A DNA stretch of 64,000 bases, taken from Candidatus Adlerbacteria bacterium (GTDB lineage: Bacteria > Patescibacteriota > Minisyncoccia > Phycocordibacterales > SBAW01). Positions 23,513-32,414 of this stretch are shown here, in pieces. Within the stretch, counting starts at the first letter, position 1. Each line of letters starts with the position of its first letter. The stretch spans positions 6,525 through 70,524 of the forward strand of contig CAINNF010000009.1 in NCBI GenBank assembly GCA_903851045.1, given 5' to 3'. The notes under the pieces are model-generated. The model was not told the DNA's origin. It searched no databases and worked only from the letters and a program-made list of their open reading frames with translations. The translations under genes were made by a program, and so were the position numbers.

Positions 23513-23836
23513 TTAGGCGAACGAACGTTGTGACACGGGAGAGCGCACCATATCTCGCGCGAGCGACAATAGGGCGACCGTGCCGACGACAAGGGCGGCT
23601 TGAACCACGAAGTTCGTCTTCGTGACGGCCGAAAGGAGGAATGCGACCAGCGCCGGCACACCGGAACTTTCGGCATGGATAAAGTTCGCCGCGACATGCG
23701 GGAGCGATACGAAAGCCGCTATACCAACCAACGACAACAACAGTGCGTACGTCTTCACCGCGCCGGGAGACGTAAGACGTCGAGCGACATAGATCGCCGC
23801 GACGCCTGCCATGACCTGTTTCTCTAGTTTGTTCAT
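23513..23836 (-). CDS. Small membrane protein, a putative anti-sigma factor
   Basis: 107 aa, with two or three TM helices. It overlaps the stop of the upstream ECF sigma gene by 4 nt. Confidence 0.4.
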   Translation of the reverse strand: MNKLEKQVMAGVAAIYVARRLTSPGAVKTYALLLSLVGIAAFVSLPHVAANFIHAESSGVPALVAFLLSAVTKTNFVVQAALVVGTVALLSLARDMVRSPVSQRSFA

Positions 23837-24444
23837 ATATTTGTTGTTACTGCCTTATACATTCGCTCGAACTCCTTCTTGGCACGGTGCACCCTGGTCT
23901 TGATCGCACCCACACTGACACCTTCGGCCGCTGCTATCTCCTCTTGCGGCTTCCCGTCTATAAAGAAGGCGGTTAAGGCGCTGGCGAACAGAGGTGGCAT
24001 CTTGGCGAGTACCGAGGCTATTTCGCCTTGGATCTCCTTCATCTGAAACTGCTCGACACTGGAGTCCGGGAGGAGTTCGAAGATCTCTGGGTCGAGCTCT
24101 GCCCTGGTCATCCCCTCTCTTTTTCGCTTGGCGTAGTGGGTCAGCGAAGTGTTGATGAGGATGCGATAGCCCCACGACGAGAACTGTGCGCCCTCTTGCT
24201 TCTTGAACTTCCGGGCGTTGAGGTAGATCTTGAGGAAGGTCTCTTGGACGATATCCTCGGCCTCCTTGTCGTCTCGGACGATACTGCGAGCCTTGCGCAA
24301 GAACGGCTCCTCGTATTTGTGGACAAGCTTGGCGAACAGTGACGGTGTCTCGAGCGAGGCAAGCAGAACATCCTCGTCGGTATCCGACCGTACCTCCTCG
24401 TCCAGGCTGAGATATTCCTTGGTCATAGTCACACTGTACAACAT
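23833..24444 (-). CDS. RNA polymerase sigma-70 family, ECF subfamily
   Basis: A region 2 (…YEEPFLRKARSIVRDDKEAEDIVQETFLKIY…) and a region 4 HTH (…EEIAAAEGVSVGAIKTRVHRAKK…). Confidence 0.85.
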   Translation of the reverse strand: MLYSVTMTKEYLSLDEEVRSDTDEDVLLASLETPSLFAKLVHKYEEPFLRKARSIVRDDKEAEDIVQETFLKIYLNARKFKKQEGAQFSSWGYRILINTSLTHYAKRKREGMTRAELDPEIFELLPDSSVEQFQMKEIQGEIASVLAKMPPLFASALTAFFIDGKPQEEIAAAEGVSVGAIKTRVHRAKKEFERMYKAVTTNI

Positions 24445-24541
24445 ACTTGACTCGCTTTCTATAACGGCCCGCGACCGCCAGAGGTTACCGACCGAAATCC
24501 CCAGTAGACAAAAGGGATAATTTGGCTATTATGCATAGGTT

Positions 24542-25117
24542 ATGGCTATGCTTGAATATAATGAAATTTTACCAAAGAAGGTCATCCTGATGGACGAGGA
24601 GCCGTATGAGGTGCTTGATGCGCACGTCTTCCGCAAACAGCAGCGCAAGCCGGTCAACCAGACCAAACTGCGCCACCTTATCACTGGCAAGGTGACCGAA
24701 CAGGCCTTCCACCAGGCGGAGAAGGTCAATGAGGCCGACCTCTCGACCAAGGAGGTCAAATTCCTCTTTCACAACAAGGGCGAGTTCTGGTTCTGCACCC
24801 CCACCAACCCGGGAGACCGCTTCAAGCTCGAAGATGATGTCGTGGGCGCCGCAGGCGCCTTCCTTAAGCCGAACTCGATCATCGAGGCGCTCGTCTTTGA
24901 TGAACGCATCATCGCGGCGCGCATCCCTATCAAAGTCGAACTGATCGTAAAAGAGGCTCCCCCAGCCGTACGCGGCAACACCGCCCAAGGGGGCACAAAG
25001 CAGATCGTGCTCGAAACCGGCGCGACCGTCAACGCGCCTCTGTTCGTGGGCGAAGGCGACCTCGTGCGCATCAACACCGAAACCGGCCAGTACGTCGAGC
25101 GGGTGGATAAAAAATAG
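24542..25117 (+). CDS. efp: Elongation factor P
   Basis: 191 aa with an EF-P-like fold signature (KPVNQTKLRHLITGK; GDLVRINTETGQYVERV). Confidence 0.9.
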   Translation: MAMLEYNEILPKKVILMDEEPYEVLDAHVFRKQQRKPVNQTKLRHLITGKVTEQAFHQAEKVNEADLSTKEVKFLFHNKGEFWFCTPTNPGDRFKLEDDVVGAAGAFLKPNSIIEALVFDERIIAARIPIKVELIVKEAPPAVRGNTAQGGTKQIVLETGATVNAPLFVGEGDLVRINTETGQYVERVDKK

Positions 25118-25141
25118 CTGCATCAAGGTTTTGCGACAATC

Positions 25142-25171
25142 AAAAACCCCGGAGTTTCCTCCGGGGTTTTT
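25142..25171. terminator. Bidirectional intrinsic terminator serving efp and rpsR
   Basis: aaaaa-ccccggag-tttc-ctccgggg-ttttt. Confidence 0.7.
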
Positions 25172-25180
25172 GATTGCTGG

Positions 25181-25381
25181 TTAACGGATGATGTAGGGCA
25201 TGAGCGCCATAAAGCGTGCGCGCTTGACCGCCTCGGCGAGTGCTCGCTGGTTGGGAGCAGAGAGGCCCGTGCGGCGGCGCGGGAGGATCTTGCCGTGTGG
25301 GTTGATGAACTTCTTGAGCGTCTCGACGTCCTTGTAGTCGATACGTTGGAACTGTGCGACGTAATTATCTTTGGTAGGCAT
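25181..25381 (-). CDS. rpsR: 30S ribosomal protein S18
   Basis: 66 aa, '[32 protein letters not shown]'. Confidence 0.9.
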   Translation of the reverse strand: MPTKDNYVAQFQRIDYKDVETLKKFINPHGKILPRRRTGLSAPNQRALAEAVKRARFMALMPYIIR

Positions 25382-25480
25382 GCGATTTTGACGAAATCGT
25401 ACCCGATCCTGCTGGATCGTGCCGAATCATCCTTTGAGATTCGGCTTGTCCTTTAGGCGCGGCGTTCTTTCGATTAATGA

Positions 25481-25972
25481 TTAAAATGGGATATCGTCTG
25501 GGTTAATGTCTTCTTGAGGGTAGTCGATCGAGTCCTCGCTCGGGGCCTTTTGTGGCGCCTCTGCGTCGGAGTAGCCGTTCGTAGCCGATGATGTGTAGCC
25601 ACCTTGGCCGCCCGCTTGCGGTGAGCCTGTCGAACCCGTCGATCCACTCTTCGGTCCGAACTGGACTATGTCGGCAACAATTTCGGTGCGGTACTGCTTG
25701 CCTTTTTCACTATCCCAACTGCGCGTCTGGAGTCGTCCTTCGACATAGACCGGACTTCCCTTCTTGAGGTACTGCGCGGCGGTGTCAGCCTGGCGACCAA
25801 AGACAACGATGTTGTGGAACTGCACGTCTTCTTGCTTCGACCCATCCGCCTTCTTGAAGACGCGGTTGGTCGCTATCGAGAACGAGCACACGTTCGCACC
25901 CGTCGAAGGAATCGCGCGGACCTCCGGGTCGCGAGTGAGATTCCCGTAGAGCATGACCTTGTTGATGTACAT
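25481..25972 (-). CDS. ssb: Single-stranded DNA-binding protein
   Basis: OB-fold N-terminus 'NKVMLYGNLTRDPEVR', a Gly-rich tail and an acidic C-terminal 'DDIPF'. Confidence 0.9.
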   Translation of the reverse strand: MYINKVMLYGNLTRDPEVRAIPSTGANVCSFSIATNRVFKKADGSKQEDVQFHNIVVFGRQADTAAQYLKKGSPVYVEGRLQTRSWDSEKGKQYRTEIVADIVQFGPKSGSTGSTGSPQAGGQGGYTSSATNGYSDAEAPQKAPSEDSIDYPQEDINPDDIPF

Positions 25973-25985
25973 ACGGCGTCGTTCG

Positions 25986-26504
25986 TTATGCTACTAGTGC
26001 GTCAATCGATTTGTCGAGCTCCTCATCGGATACCTCGACCGCTTTCTCTGTTGCCACCACCACCTCTGGCTTCTTGATGGTCTCACCCGCGAGACGGTTA
26101 GAGGCGAAGACGGCACGGCGGGGAGCCGGCATATCCTCGCGGACGGTCTCGATGATAAGGAAACGCAATACTTCGGAGATACCGTTGATAGCGACCTTGA
26201 AGGCAGGCATATGCTCACGCTCCATCGCGAACTTGATACAACCAAAGTATGCCTCGGCGTACTTCTCACGCTTACCCTGCACGGAGCGCTCGACGACGTA
26301 GGCAAGCGACATACGGGTCGGGAACTGCTCAGAAATAATTTCATTCTCACCGAGGGCCTTGCGGACGAGTTCAACCACAGCTGCTACCCCGTCGTCTCCG
26401 ACGGTAGGTACGACATGAAAACCGAGTTCGTAGATCGGTGTCGTGTCCTTCTTCGCTTGGGTTAACCCTTCGGCTGGTGCCTCAGGATGCGACTTTTCGG
26501 TCAT
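25986..26504 (-). CDS. rpsF: 30S ribosomal protein S6, with terminal extensions
   Basis: Position in an rpsF-ssb-rpsR arrangement, plus the S6-like core 'YELGFHVVP...LAYVV'. Confidence 0.7.
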   Translation of the reverse strand: MTEKSHPEAPAEGLTQAKKDTTPIYELGFHVVPTVGDDGVAAVVELVRKALGENEIISEQFPTRMSLAYVVERSVQGKREKYAEAYFGCIKFAMEREHMPAFKVAINGISEVLRFLIIETVREDMPAPRRAVFASNRLAGETIKKPEVVVATEKAVEVSDEELDKSIDALVA

Positions 26505-26602
26505 GGGATGAGCTTACCACGAGTTGTCAGAATTGCAAATCCAGCCATACCAGTGAAAGAAAAATTGGCACACGCCCACGGGGCATATGCCAATATAGCA
26601 GA

Positions 26603-26836
26603 TCAGGGAAAGAAGTTCTTGAGGACCAGAAACAACCCAATAACGAAAAAGAAACTCGCCAGGGCGCCTCGGACAAAACTTTCCCACGCCTTGTTTATGT
26701 CATCGCCCATGCTCTGCATGAGCCCCATCCAGATCTCTCCCTCGGGAGGGAGAGTACACTCCCTTTCAGGGATTGGTGGCGATACGAAATGCAAGTACCA
26801 CGCCACCGAAAAACACACAGCCGCACCCAAGAGCAT
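26603..26836 (-). CDS. Small hydrophobic protein of 77 aa
   Basis: GGAGG 7 nt upstream of the ATG. Both termini are hydrophobic. Confidence 0.4.
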   Translation of the reverse strand: MLLGAAVCFSVAWYLHFVSPPIPERECTLPPEGEIWMGLMQSMGDDINKAWESFVRGALASFFFVIGLFLVLKNFFP

Positions 26837-26932
26837 TTTGTACCTCCGCGACCTGCGGTCGCTTCTGTATGTGAAGGACTGGTTATGCCCAATCCAGACA
26901 AAAACTACACCAGTATTGCCAGAATCGCAATA

Positions 26933-27817
26933 TCAAGCGCCCACACTGATACCAAATGTCTTTTGTGCATTTATGAGCAGCTGCGCCGCCACATCCTCTT
27001 CGGCAAGACCTTTGATCTCGGCGATCTTGCGGACGATATCGGGGATATGCGTAGACTCGTTGCGTTTGCCACGATGGGGTGAGGGGGTGACGTAGGGCGC
27101 ATCCGTTTCGGAGAGGAGCATGTCGAGCGGCGTGTTGCGGACGACCTCTTCATAGTCCTTCGCAAACGTGATGACACCGGTGAATGACAGCGTGAACCCA
27201 AGGTCGAGAAACTGCTTCGCTGTCTCCCACGAGCCCGCGAAGAAGTGGACGTCGCCTTGCACCCTAGTGTGTGCTTTTAATACATCGAGCACATCAAGAT
27301 ACGCATCGCCGACAGACGACGTATCCCCGCCTTTGGCTCCAGTCCGGATATGGAGCATCAGCGGCTTATTGACCTTGTTGGCAAGCTCGATCTGCGCAAC
27401 AAACGCCTCGGTCTGGACCTTCTTCGTATCATCGTCGAGCCGGAAGTAGTCGAGCCCACACTCGCCTATCGCGACCACCTTGGACTCGCGCGCCATCGTC
27501 TCGTACACAGCAAAATCGAACACCTCACCGCGCGAGGTGAATCCTCTATCCGCCTTGCCCGCCGTAGCCTCGGCGAAGGAGAGGCCAAGTTCCTGCGCAT
27601 CATGAAAAGACTTGCTCGTATGAATCGGGTGCAACCCCACGGTAGCCCACGCACCATCGTGACCATTCGCAAACGCTACTGCGGCGCGCGAAGTATCGAC
27701 TTGTGTCCCCACAATATTCATCCCCACCCCCGCCGCGACCGAACGCTCAAAAACCTCCTCACGGTCCTCATCATAAGCCGCGAACTGCAAGTGCGTATGT
27801 GCGTCGAAGTAGCGCAT
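26933..27817 (-). CDS. tatD: TatD-family metal-dependent hydrolase (DNase)
   Basis: 'FDAHTHLQF' N-terminus and conserved His/Glu/Asp positions. Confidence 0.85.
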   Translation of the reverse strand: MRYFDAHTHLQFAAYDEDREEVFERSVAAGVGMNIVGTQVDTSRAAVAFANGHDGAWATVGLHPIHTSKSFHDAQELGLSFAEATAGKADRGFTSRGEVFDFAVYETMARESKVVAIGECGLDYFRLDDDTKKVQTEAFVAQIELANKVNKPLMLHIRTGAKGGDTSSVGDAYLDVLDVLKAHTRVQGDVHFFAGSWETAKQFLDLGFTLSFTGVITFAKDYEEVVRNTPLDMLLSETDAPYVTPSPHRGKRNESTHIPDIVRKIAEIKGLAEEDVAAQLLINAQKTFGISVGA

Positions 27818-27818
27818 G

Positions 27819-28349
27819 TCAGGATGTGTGCCGCGTTTTCTCTAACCCCACCCTCTGCAAAATATCGTCAACGATCTCGTCGGTTGGTCGAGTTGCGTCA
27901 ACTGTTTCAACCCCTTCTTTGATCAAGCGTTGTTGTTTTAATTCGTGGTCCGATAGGATCCGCTCTATCTCTCCCGGCTTATGATGGCTCTCGTGCTCAT
28001 GCTTTTCTAACCTATCGCGCAACGTAGCAGCATCGATAGTAAGTACGAACACTTTGTCGAACAGCGGATAGAAATCTCCCTGTTTGAACACGATCGCTCC
28101 CAAAAAGACAGTCTCGTCGCTCGCGAGCAATCTCTCGATCTCTGGTCGCTGCCACACCCACGCATACTTGGCCCAATCGACCACACCACTCTCCGGCCAC
28201 TCCACCACCTCACCAGTATCCTTATTTTGGAGCCTGGTCACGCCAGGCATGTCGTCTGTGTTGTAGGCCGTATATCCGCGTTCCTGGAGCGCCTTAATGA
28301 CCGATGTCTTGCCAGACCCCTGCCTGCCGGTAATAAAATATTTACCCAT
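27819..28349 (-). CDS. P-loop NTPase / nucleoside-nucleotide kinase-like protein
   Basis: Walker A 'GRQGSGKTS', 176 aa. Packed between metG and tatD. Confidence 0.6.
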   Translation of the reverse strand: MGKYFITGRQGSGKTSVIKALQERGYTAYNTDDMPGVTRLQNKDTGEVVEWPESGVVDWAKYAWVWQRPEIERLLASDETVFLGAIVFKQGDFYPLFDKVFVLTIDAATLRDRLEKHEHESHHKPGEIERILSDHELKQQRLIKEGVETVDATRPTDEIVDDILQRVGLEKTRHTS

Positions 28350-28364
28350 GCAGCAAATATAGCA

Positions 28365-29867
28365 CTATTCCTTGCGAGGAAAGAGGTTTTCGGGTTTTTT
28401 GTTCTCGCGGATTGCCGTGAGGATTTTTTCTGAAGTCGTTGGCATAAAAGGAGCCAGGTCAGAAGCTATTGCATGCAATTCTCTTGCAAGTTTTTGTATA
28501 ATTTCCAGCGCCTTCTGCTTTTCTTGCTCATCATTCGATTTAACACCAGTGAATGGCTTTTCGAGCGTAATCATAGCATCACAGTGTCCGATACGAGTCC
28601 AAATAGCGTCCATCGCCTTATTCAATTCAAAGTCGCTGACGTATTGTGCAACCGAAGAATCGTTCTTAACTGCTCCAATGATTTCTACAGAAGTAGCAAA
28701 ATGTGCGGCAGTCATAGTCATGATGCGTGCAGCAAGATTACCCAACCCATTTGCAAGGTCGGCATTGTATAGTTCTTTAAAGCGCTCCATCGTAAAATCA
28801 CTGTCTTCGAACGGTGAGATGTGGCGCGCGAGGTAGTAGCGTAGGGCATCAACGCCATACTCCTGTACGATAGCGAATGGTTCTATGACATTGCCGAGCG
28901 ACTTGGACATCTTCTGACCGCCGCTCGTGATGAAGCCATGGTAGACGACCTTCTGGGTTTGGGGAAGTTTAGCCGACATGAGCATCGCCTGCCACATGAC
29001 GGACTGGAAGCGCACCTGGTCCTTGCCCGCGACCTGCACCGTCTCGCCATTAACCCAAAACTTTTCAAACAAACCCTCAGAGGCAGGCTCGCCCGCCGAA
29101 GCTTCAGCGGAGGAGGGCCAGTCGAGCGTCGAAATATAGTTGGTGAGCGCATCGAACCACACGTACATCACCTGCGACTCGTCCCCTGGCACCGGGATAC
29201 CCCAGCTCATGCGCGCGGTCTCGCGCGAGATGCTGAAATCTTCGAGCCCACCCTCGACGAACTTGATCGCCTCTTCGCGACGCCAGTCGGGCAGCACCAC
29301 ACTCGCATTCGAAAGGTAGGTGAGCAACTGCGATTGATACCGACTCAGACGGAAGAACCAATTCTCTTCTTCGATCTCGACCGGCTCCATGTTGGGATGG
29401 TTGGGGCACTTACCCCCTATTAAGTCTCCCTCTTTGAGGAACATCTCATCGCCAACGCAGTACAACCCTTTATATTTCTTCTTATAGATGTCGGGATTCC
29501 CCTGTTCGTCGACGTTCGCCGCGCATCGTCGCCACATCTCCTGCGCCGCTTTGATGTGCTTTTCGTCCGTGGTGCGGATAAAGACCAGGTCATCAGAAAG
29601 ACCGAGGCCTTCCTTTAGCTTGCGAAATTGCCCCGCATAGTAGTCGACATACGCCTGTACATCTTGCCCCTGTTCGTTCGCCTTTTGGAAGATCTTTTGG
29701 CCGTGCTCGTCGGTGCCAGTGTTAAAAAAGACGTTCTCTCTCCCGCGCACCAGTTGCTGGTAGCGGGCCTGGATGTCCGCATGCACGATCTCCAGCGCGA
29801 AGCCGATGTGCGGGTCGGCGTTCACATACGGGAGCGTGGTCGTGATGTAAAAAGGTTTTTGTGCCAT
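28365..29867 (-). CDS. metG: Methionyl-tRNA synthetase
   Basis: HIGH-region 'PYVNADPHIGFA' and 'KMSKSLGN'. Confidence 0.9.
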   Translation of the reverse strand: MAQKPFYITTTLPYVNADPHIGFALEIVHADIQARYQQLVRGRENVFFNTGTDEHGQKIFQKANEQGQDVQAYVDYYAGQFRKLKEGLGLSDDLVFIRTTDEKHIKAAQEMWRRCAANVDEQGNPDIYKKKYKGLYCVGDEMFLKEGDLIGGKCPNHPNMEPVEIEEENWFFRLSRYQSQLLTYLSNASVVLPDWRREEAIKFVEGGLEDFSISRETARMSWGIPVPGDESQVMYVWFDALTNYISTLDWPSSAEASAGEPASEGLFEKFWVNGETVQVAGKDQVRFQSVMWQAMLMSAKLPQTQKVVYHGFITSGGQKMSKSLGNVIEPFAIVQEYGVDALRYYLARHISPFEDSDFTMERFKELYNADLANGLGNLAARIMTMTAAHFATSVEIIGAVKNDSSVAQYVSDFELNKAMDAIWTRIGHCDAMITLEKPFTGVKSNDEQEKQKALEIIQKLARELHAIASDLAPFMPTTSEKILTAIRENKKPENLFPRKE

Positions 29868-29893
29868 AGGGAGTCAGGCTACTGCGCACGCAG

Positions 29894-30958
29894 CTACTCG
29901 TCAACCATGCGCTGGCGTACGAGAGTTCGGTCCTTCTTCTTTTCCAGATCGGCGACGAACTCTTGGATAGCACCTGCTATCGGCACCGACAGCAACACTC
30001 CGAGGAACCCGAAGAGGCGCAGGCCCACGAGGAGCGCGAGGATGACGAGGAGCGGCGGCACACCGACGACCTTCTTAACGACAAGCGGGTAGATAAGGTG
30101 CGCCTCGAACTGCTGCACGATCAAGTAGAGCGCGATCACGCCCAGTGCGAGTGGGAGCCCCCCAGTCGTGAACGCGAGAATGGCACCGGGTATGGCAGCA
30201 AGGATCTGACCGAACACGGGAATGAGTTCGAACATGGCGGCCAAAAGCGCCAACAGGAGCGCATACTTCACCCCAAGTATCGTGAGTCCAAGAAAGAGCA
30301 ATACGCCGACGAGACAACCGAGGATGAGCTGACCTTGCATCCACTTGCCTATCTTGTCCTGCGAGCGCTTCCAAAGATTGAGAATGTATGCTTCTTGTTC
30401 GACCGGAGTGATGATGCGCAAGAACACCTCGATCCCCGTCTCTTGAACCGAGAAGTAGAAGGAGAAAACGACGATGAGCACGAACGAGGTGAGACCGCCG
30501 AAGAACGCCGAAAGCGTCGTGAAGGCACCGCCAGTCGTGTCGGAGACGGTCGATGAGATGTTGTTGAGCAAATCGGCCGAAGAGAGCGTATTGATACCGG
30601 TCCATGACAAGAGACCGTGGGTGAGGTCGTCGACGTTGAGCGTCGAGAGTGAAGTTGGTAATTGTTGGAGTACGCCCGCCGCGTCGTGGAGTACGGGCGG
30701 CACGAAGATGAATAGTGTACCGAAGAAGATGGCGGCTATGCCCACGTACATACCGATAACCGCAACCAGGCGTGATATCTTCAGTGTCCGCTTCAGCCAA
30801 TGCACCCCCGGCTCCATCGCCGAGGCTATGACGACGGCACTGAGCACAATGAGCACAATGTCACGCAGGTACCACAGCGTAGCGAACAGTATCAAAAGGA
30901 GAATCGTCCGGACAATAGTCCCCGAAGTGATCTGAATGGTATGGTCCTTGCCCTGCAT
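29894..30958 (-). CDS. AI-2E family transporter (PerM/UPF0118 permease)
   Basis: 354 aa, eight TM helices with the family-typical topology. Confidence 0.75.
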   Translation of the reverse strand: MQGKDHTIQITSGTIVRTILLLILFATLWYLRDIVLIVLSAVVIASAMEPGVHWLKRTLKISRLVAVIGMYVGIAAIFFGTLFIFVPPVLHDAAGVLQQLPTSLSTLNVDDLTHGLLSWTGINTLSSADLLNNISSTVSDTTGGAFTTLSAFFGGLTSFVLIVVFSFYFSVQETGIEVFLRIITPVEQEAYILNLWKRSQDKIGKWMQGQLILGCLVGVLLFLGLTILGVKYALLLALLAAMFELIPVFGQILAAIPGAILAFTTGGLPLALGVIALYLIVQQFEAHLIYPLVVKKVVGVPPLLVILALLVGLRLFGFLGVLLSVPIAGAIQEFVADLEKKKDRTLVRQRMVDE

Positions 30959-31005
30959 GGGTTCATCCTAGCACATTAGCTGTTTTCGAGCAGAATGTGT
31001 ATCAA

Positions 31006-32406
31006 CTACGCCTTTATAGCCTCGGTTAAAAGTGCTGAAAGGTCTTCAATTGCTATGCGCTTCTGCTCCCCCGTGTCGCGATCGCGGACGGTGACGGTAT
31101 CTGCAAGGTCGGGGTTCTCTCCGAGCGTGTCGAAGTCGATAGTGATGCAAAACGGCGTACCAATCTCGTCCTGGCGTCGATAGCGCTTGCCAACGTTGCC
31201 ATTGTCGTCCCATTCCACACGCAAGTCTTTTTTGAGCATCGTGTACACCTCGCGCGCTTTCGCGACTAACTCTGGTTTATTTTTGAGCAACGGGAACACA
31301 GCCGCCTTAATTGGTGCGAGCTTCGCTGGGAAGCGCATCACCACGCGCGTATCATCCCCCATCGTGTCTTCGTGATAGAACTCGGTCATGACTGCGAGGA
31401 AGGTGCGGTCAAGGCCAACTGATGTCTCGACTATATGCGGTACGAAGCGCTCCTTCGTCGCTTCGTCAAAGTACGAGAGGTCAGTGCCCGAGAACTTTTG
31501 ATGCTGCGAGAGGTCGTAGTCACCGCGCGCGTGCACACCTTCCATCTCTTTGAAACCGAACGGGAATTTGTATTCGATATCCCACGCAGCCTTTGCATAG
31601 AAGACGAGGTTCTCATGCTCGTGCCATTTAAGATTCTTTGGGTCGAAGCCGAGGTCAAGATAATACTGCCAGCGCTTCGCTCGCCATTCTTCGTAGACTC
31701 GCATCTCGTCTTCCGGCCGTACGAACATTTGCATCTCCATCTGCGTCAGCTCACGCAGGCGGAAGATATATTGGCGCGGTGCGATCTCATTACGAAAAGC
31801 TTTCCCTATTTGCGCGATACCGAACGGTATCTTCACTCGTGCAGAGTCGAGCACATTCTTAAAATTGATATAGATACCCTGGCACGTCTCACCACGCAGG
31901 TAGGTCGGCTCTTTCGTCCAGTCACCGGTAAAGTTACCAAGATTCGATTGGACCAACAGATTGAACCGTCGCACTTCGGTAAACTCTTTTTTGCCACACA
32001 CCGGACAGGTGATGGTTGCACGGTGTGTATCAAAGACCGTATTAATCTCTTCGATCGACATTTTCTCGTCGGCAAAAGCGCCAACCGCCTCGAGCAAATG
32101 GTCCGCGCGCGAGCGTGTATGACACGACTTACACTCAACGAGTGGATCGGAAAAACCGCTCACATGACCCGATGCTTCCCACACCTTTGGGTTCGTAAAG
32201 ATCGCGGAGTCGAGTCCGACGATATTGTTTTCGTGTTGTACCATCGCTCGCCACCATGCGGCACGGATATTATTCGCGAGCTCGACGCCATAGGGTCCGT
32301 AGTCGTACGTACCGGGAAAGCCCCCGTAAATCTCGGAGCCTTGGTAGACGAAACCGCGTCGTTTGCACAACGAGACGATCTTCTCCATGAGTGATTCTTC
32401 TGCCAT
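31006..32406 (-). CDS. glyQS: Glycyl-tRNA synthetase, class II alpha2 type
   Basis: 'YQGSEIYGGFPGTYDYGPYG', class II motifs and a C-terminal anticodon-binding domain. Confidence 0.9.
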   Translation of the reverse strand: MAEESLMEKIVSLCKRRGFVYQGSEIYGGFPGTYDYGPYGVELANNIRAAWWRAMVQHENNIVGLDSAIFTNPKVWEASGHVSGFSDPLVECKSCHTRSRADHLLEAVGAFADEKMSIEEINTVFDTHRATITCPVCGKKEFTEVRRFNLLVQSNLGNFTGDWTKEPTYLRGETCQGIYINFKNVLDSARVKIPFGIAQIGKAFRNEIAPRQYIFRLRELTQMEMQMFVRPEDEMRVYEEWRAKRWQYYLDLGFDPKNLKWHEHENLVFYAKAAWDIEYKFPFGFKEMEGVHARGDYDLSQHQKFSGTDLSYFDEATKERFVPHIVETSVGLDRTFLAVMTEFYHEDTMGDDTRVVMRFPAKLAPIKAAVFPLLKNKPELVAKAREVYTMLKKDLRVEWDDNGNVGKRYRRQDEIGTPFCITIDFDTLGENPDLADTVTVRDRDTGEQKRIAIEDLSALLTEAIKA

Positions 32407-32414
32407 ATATCGGT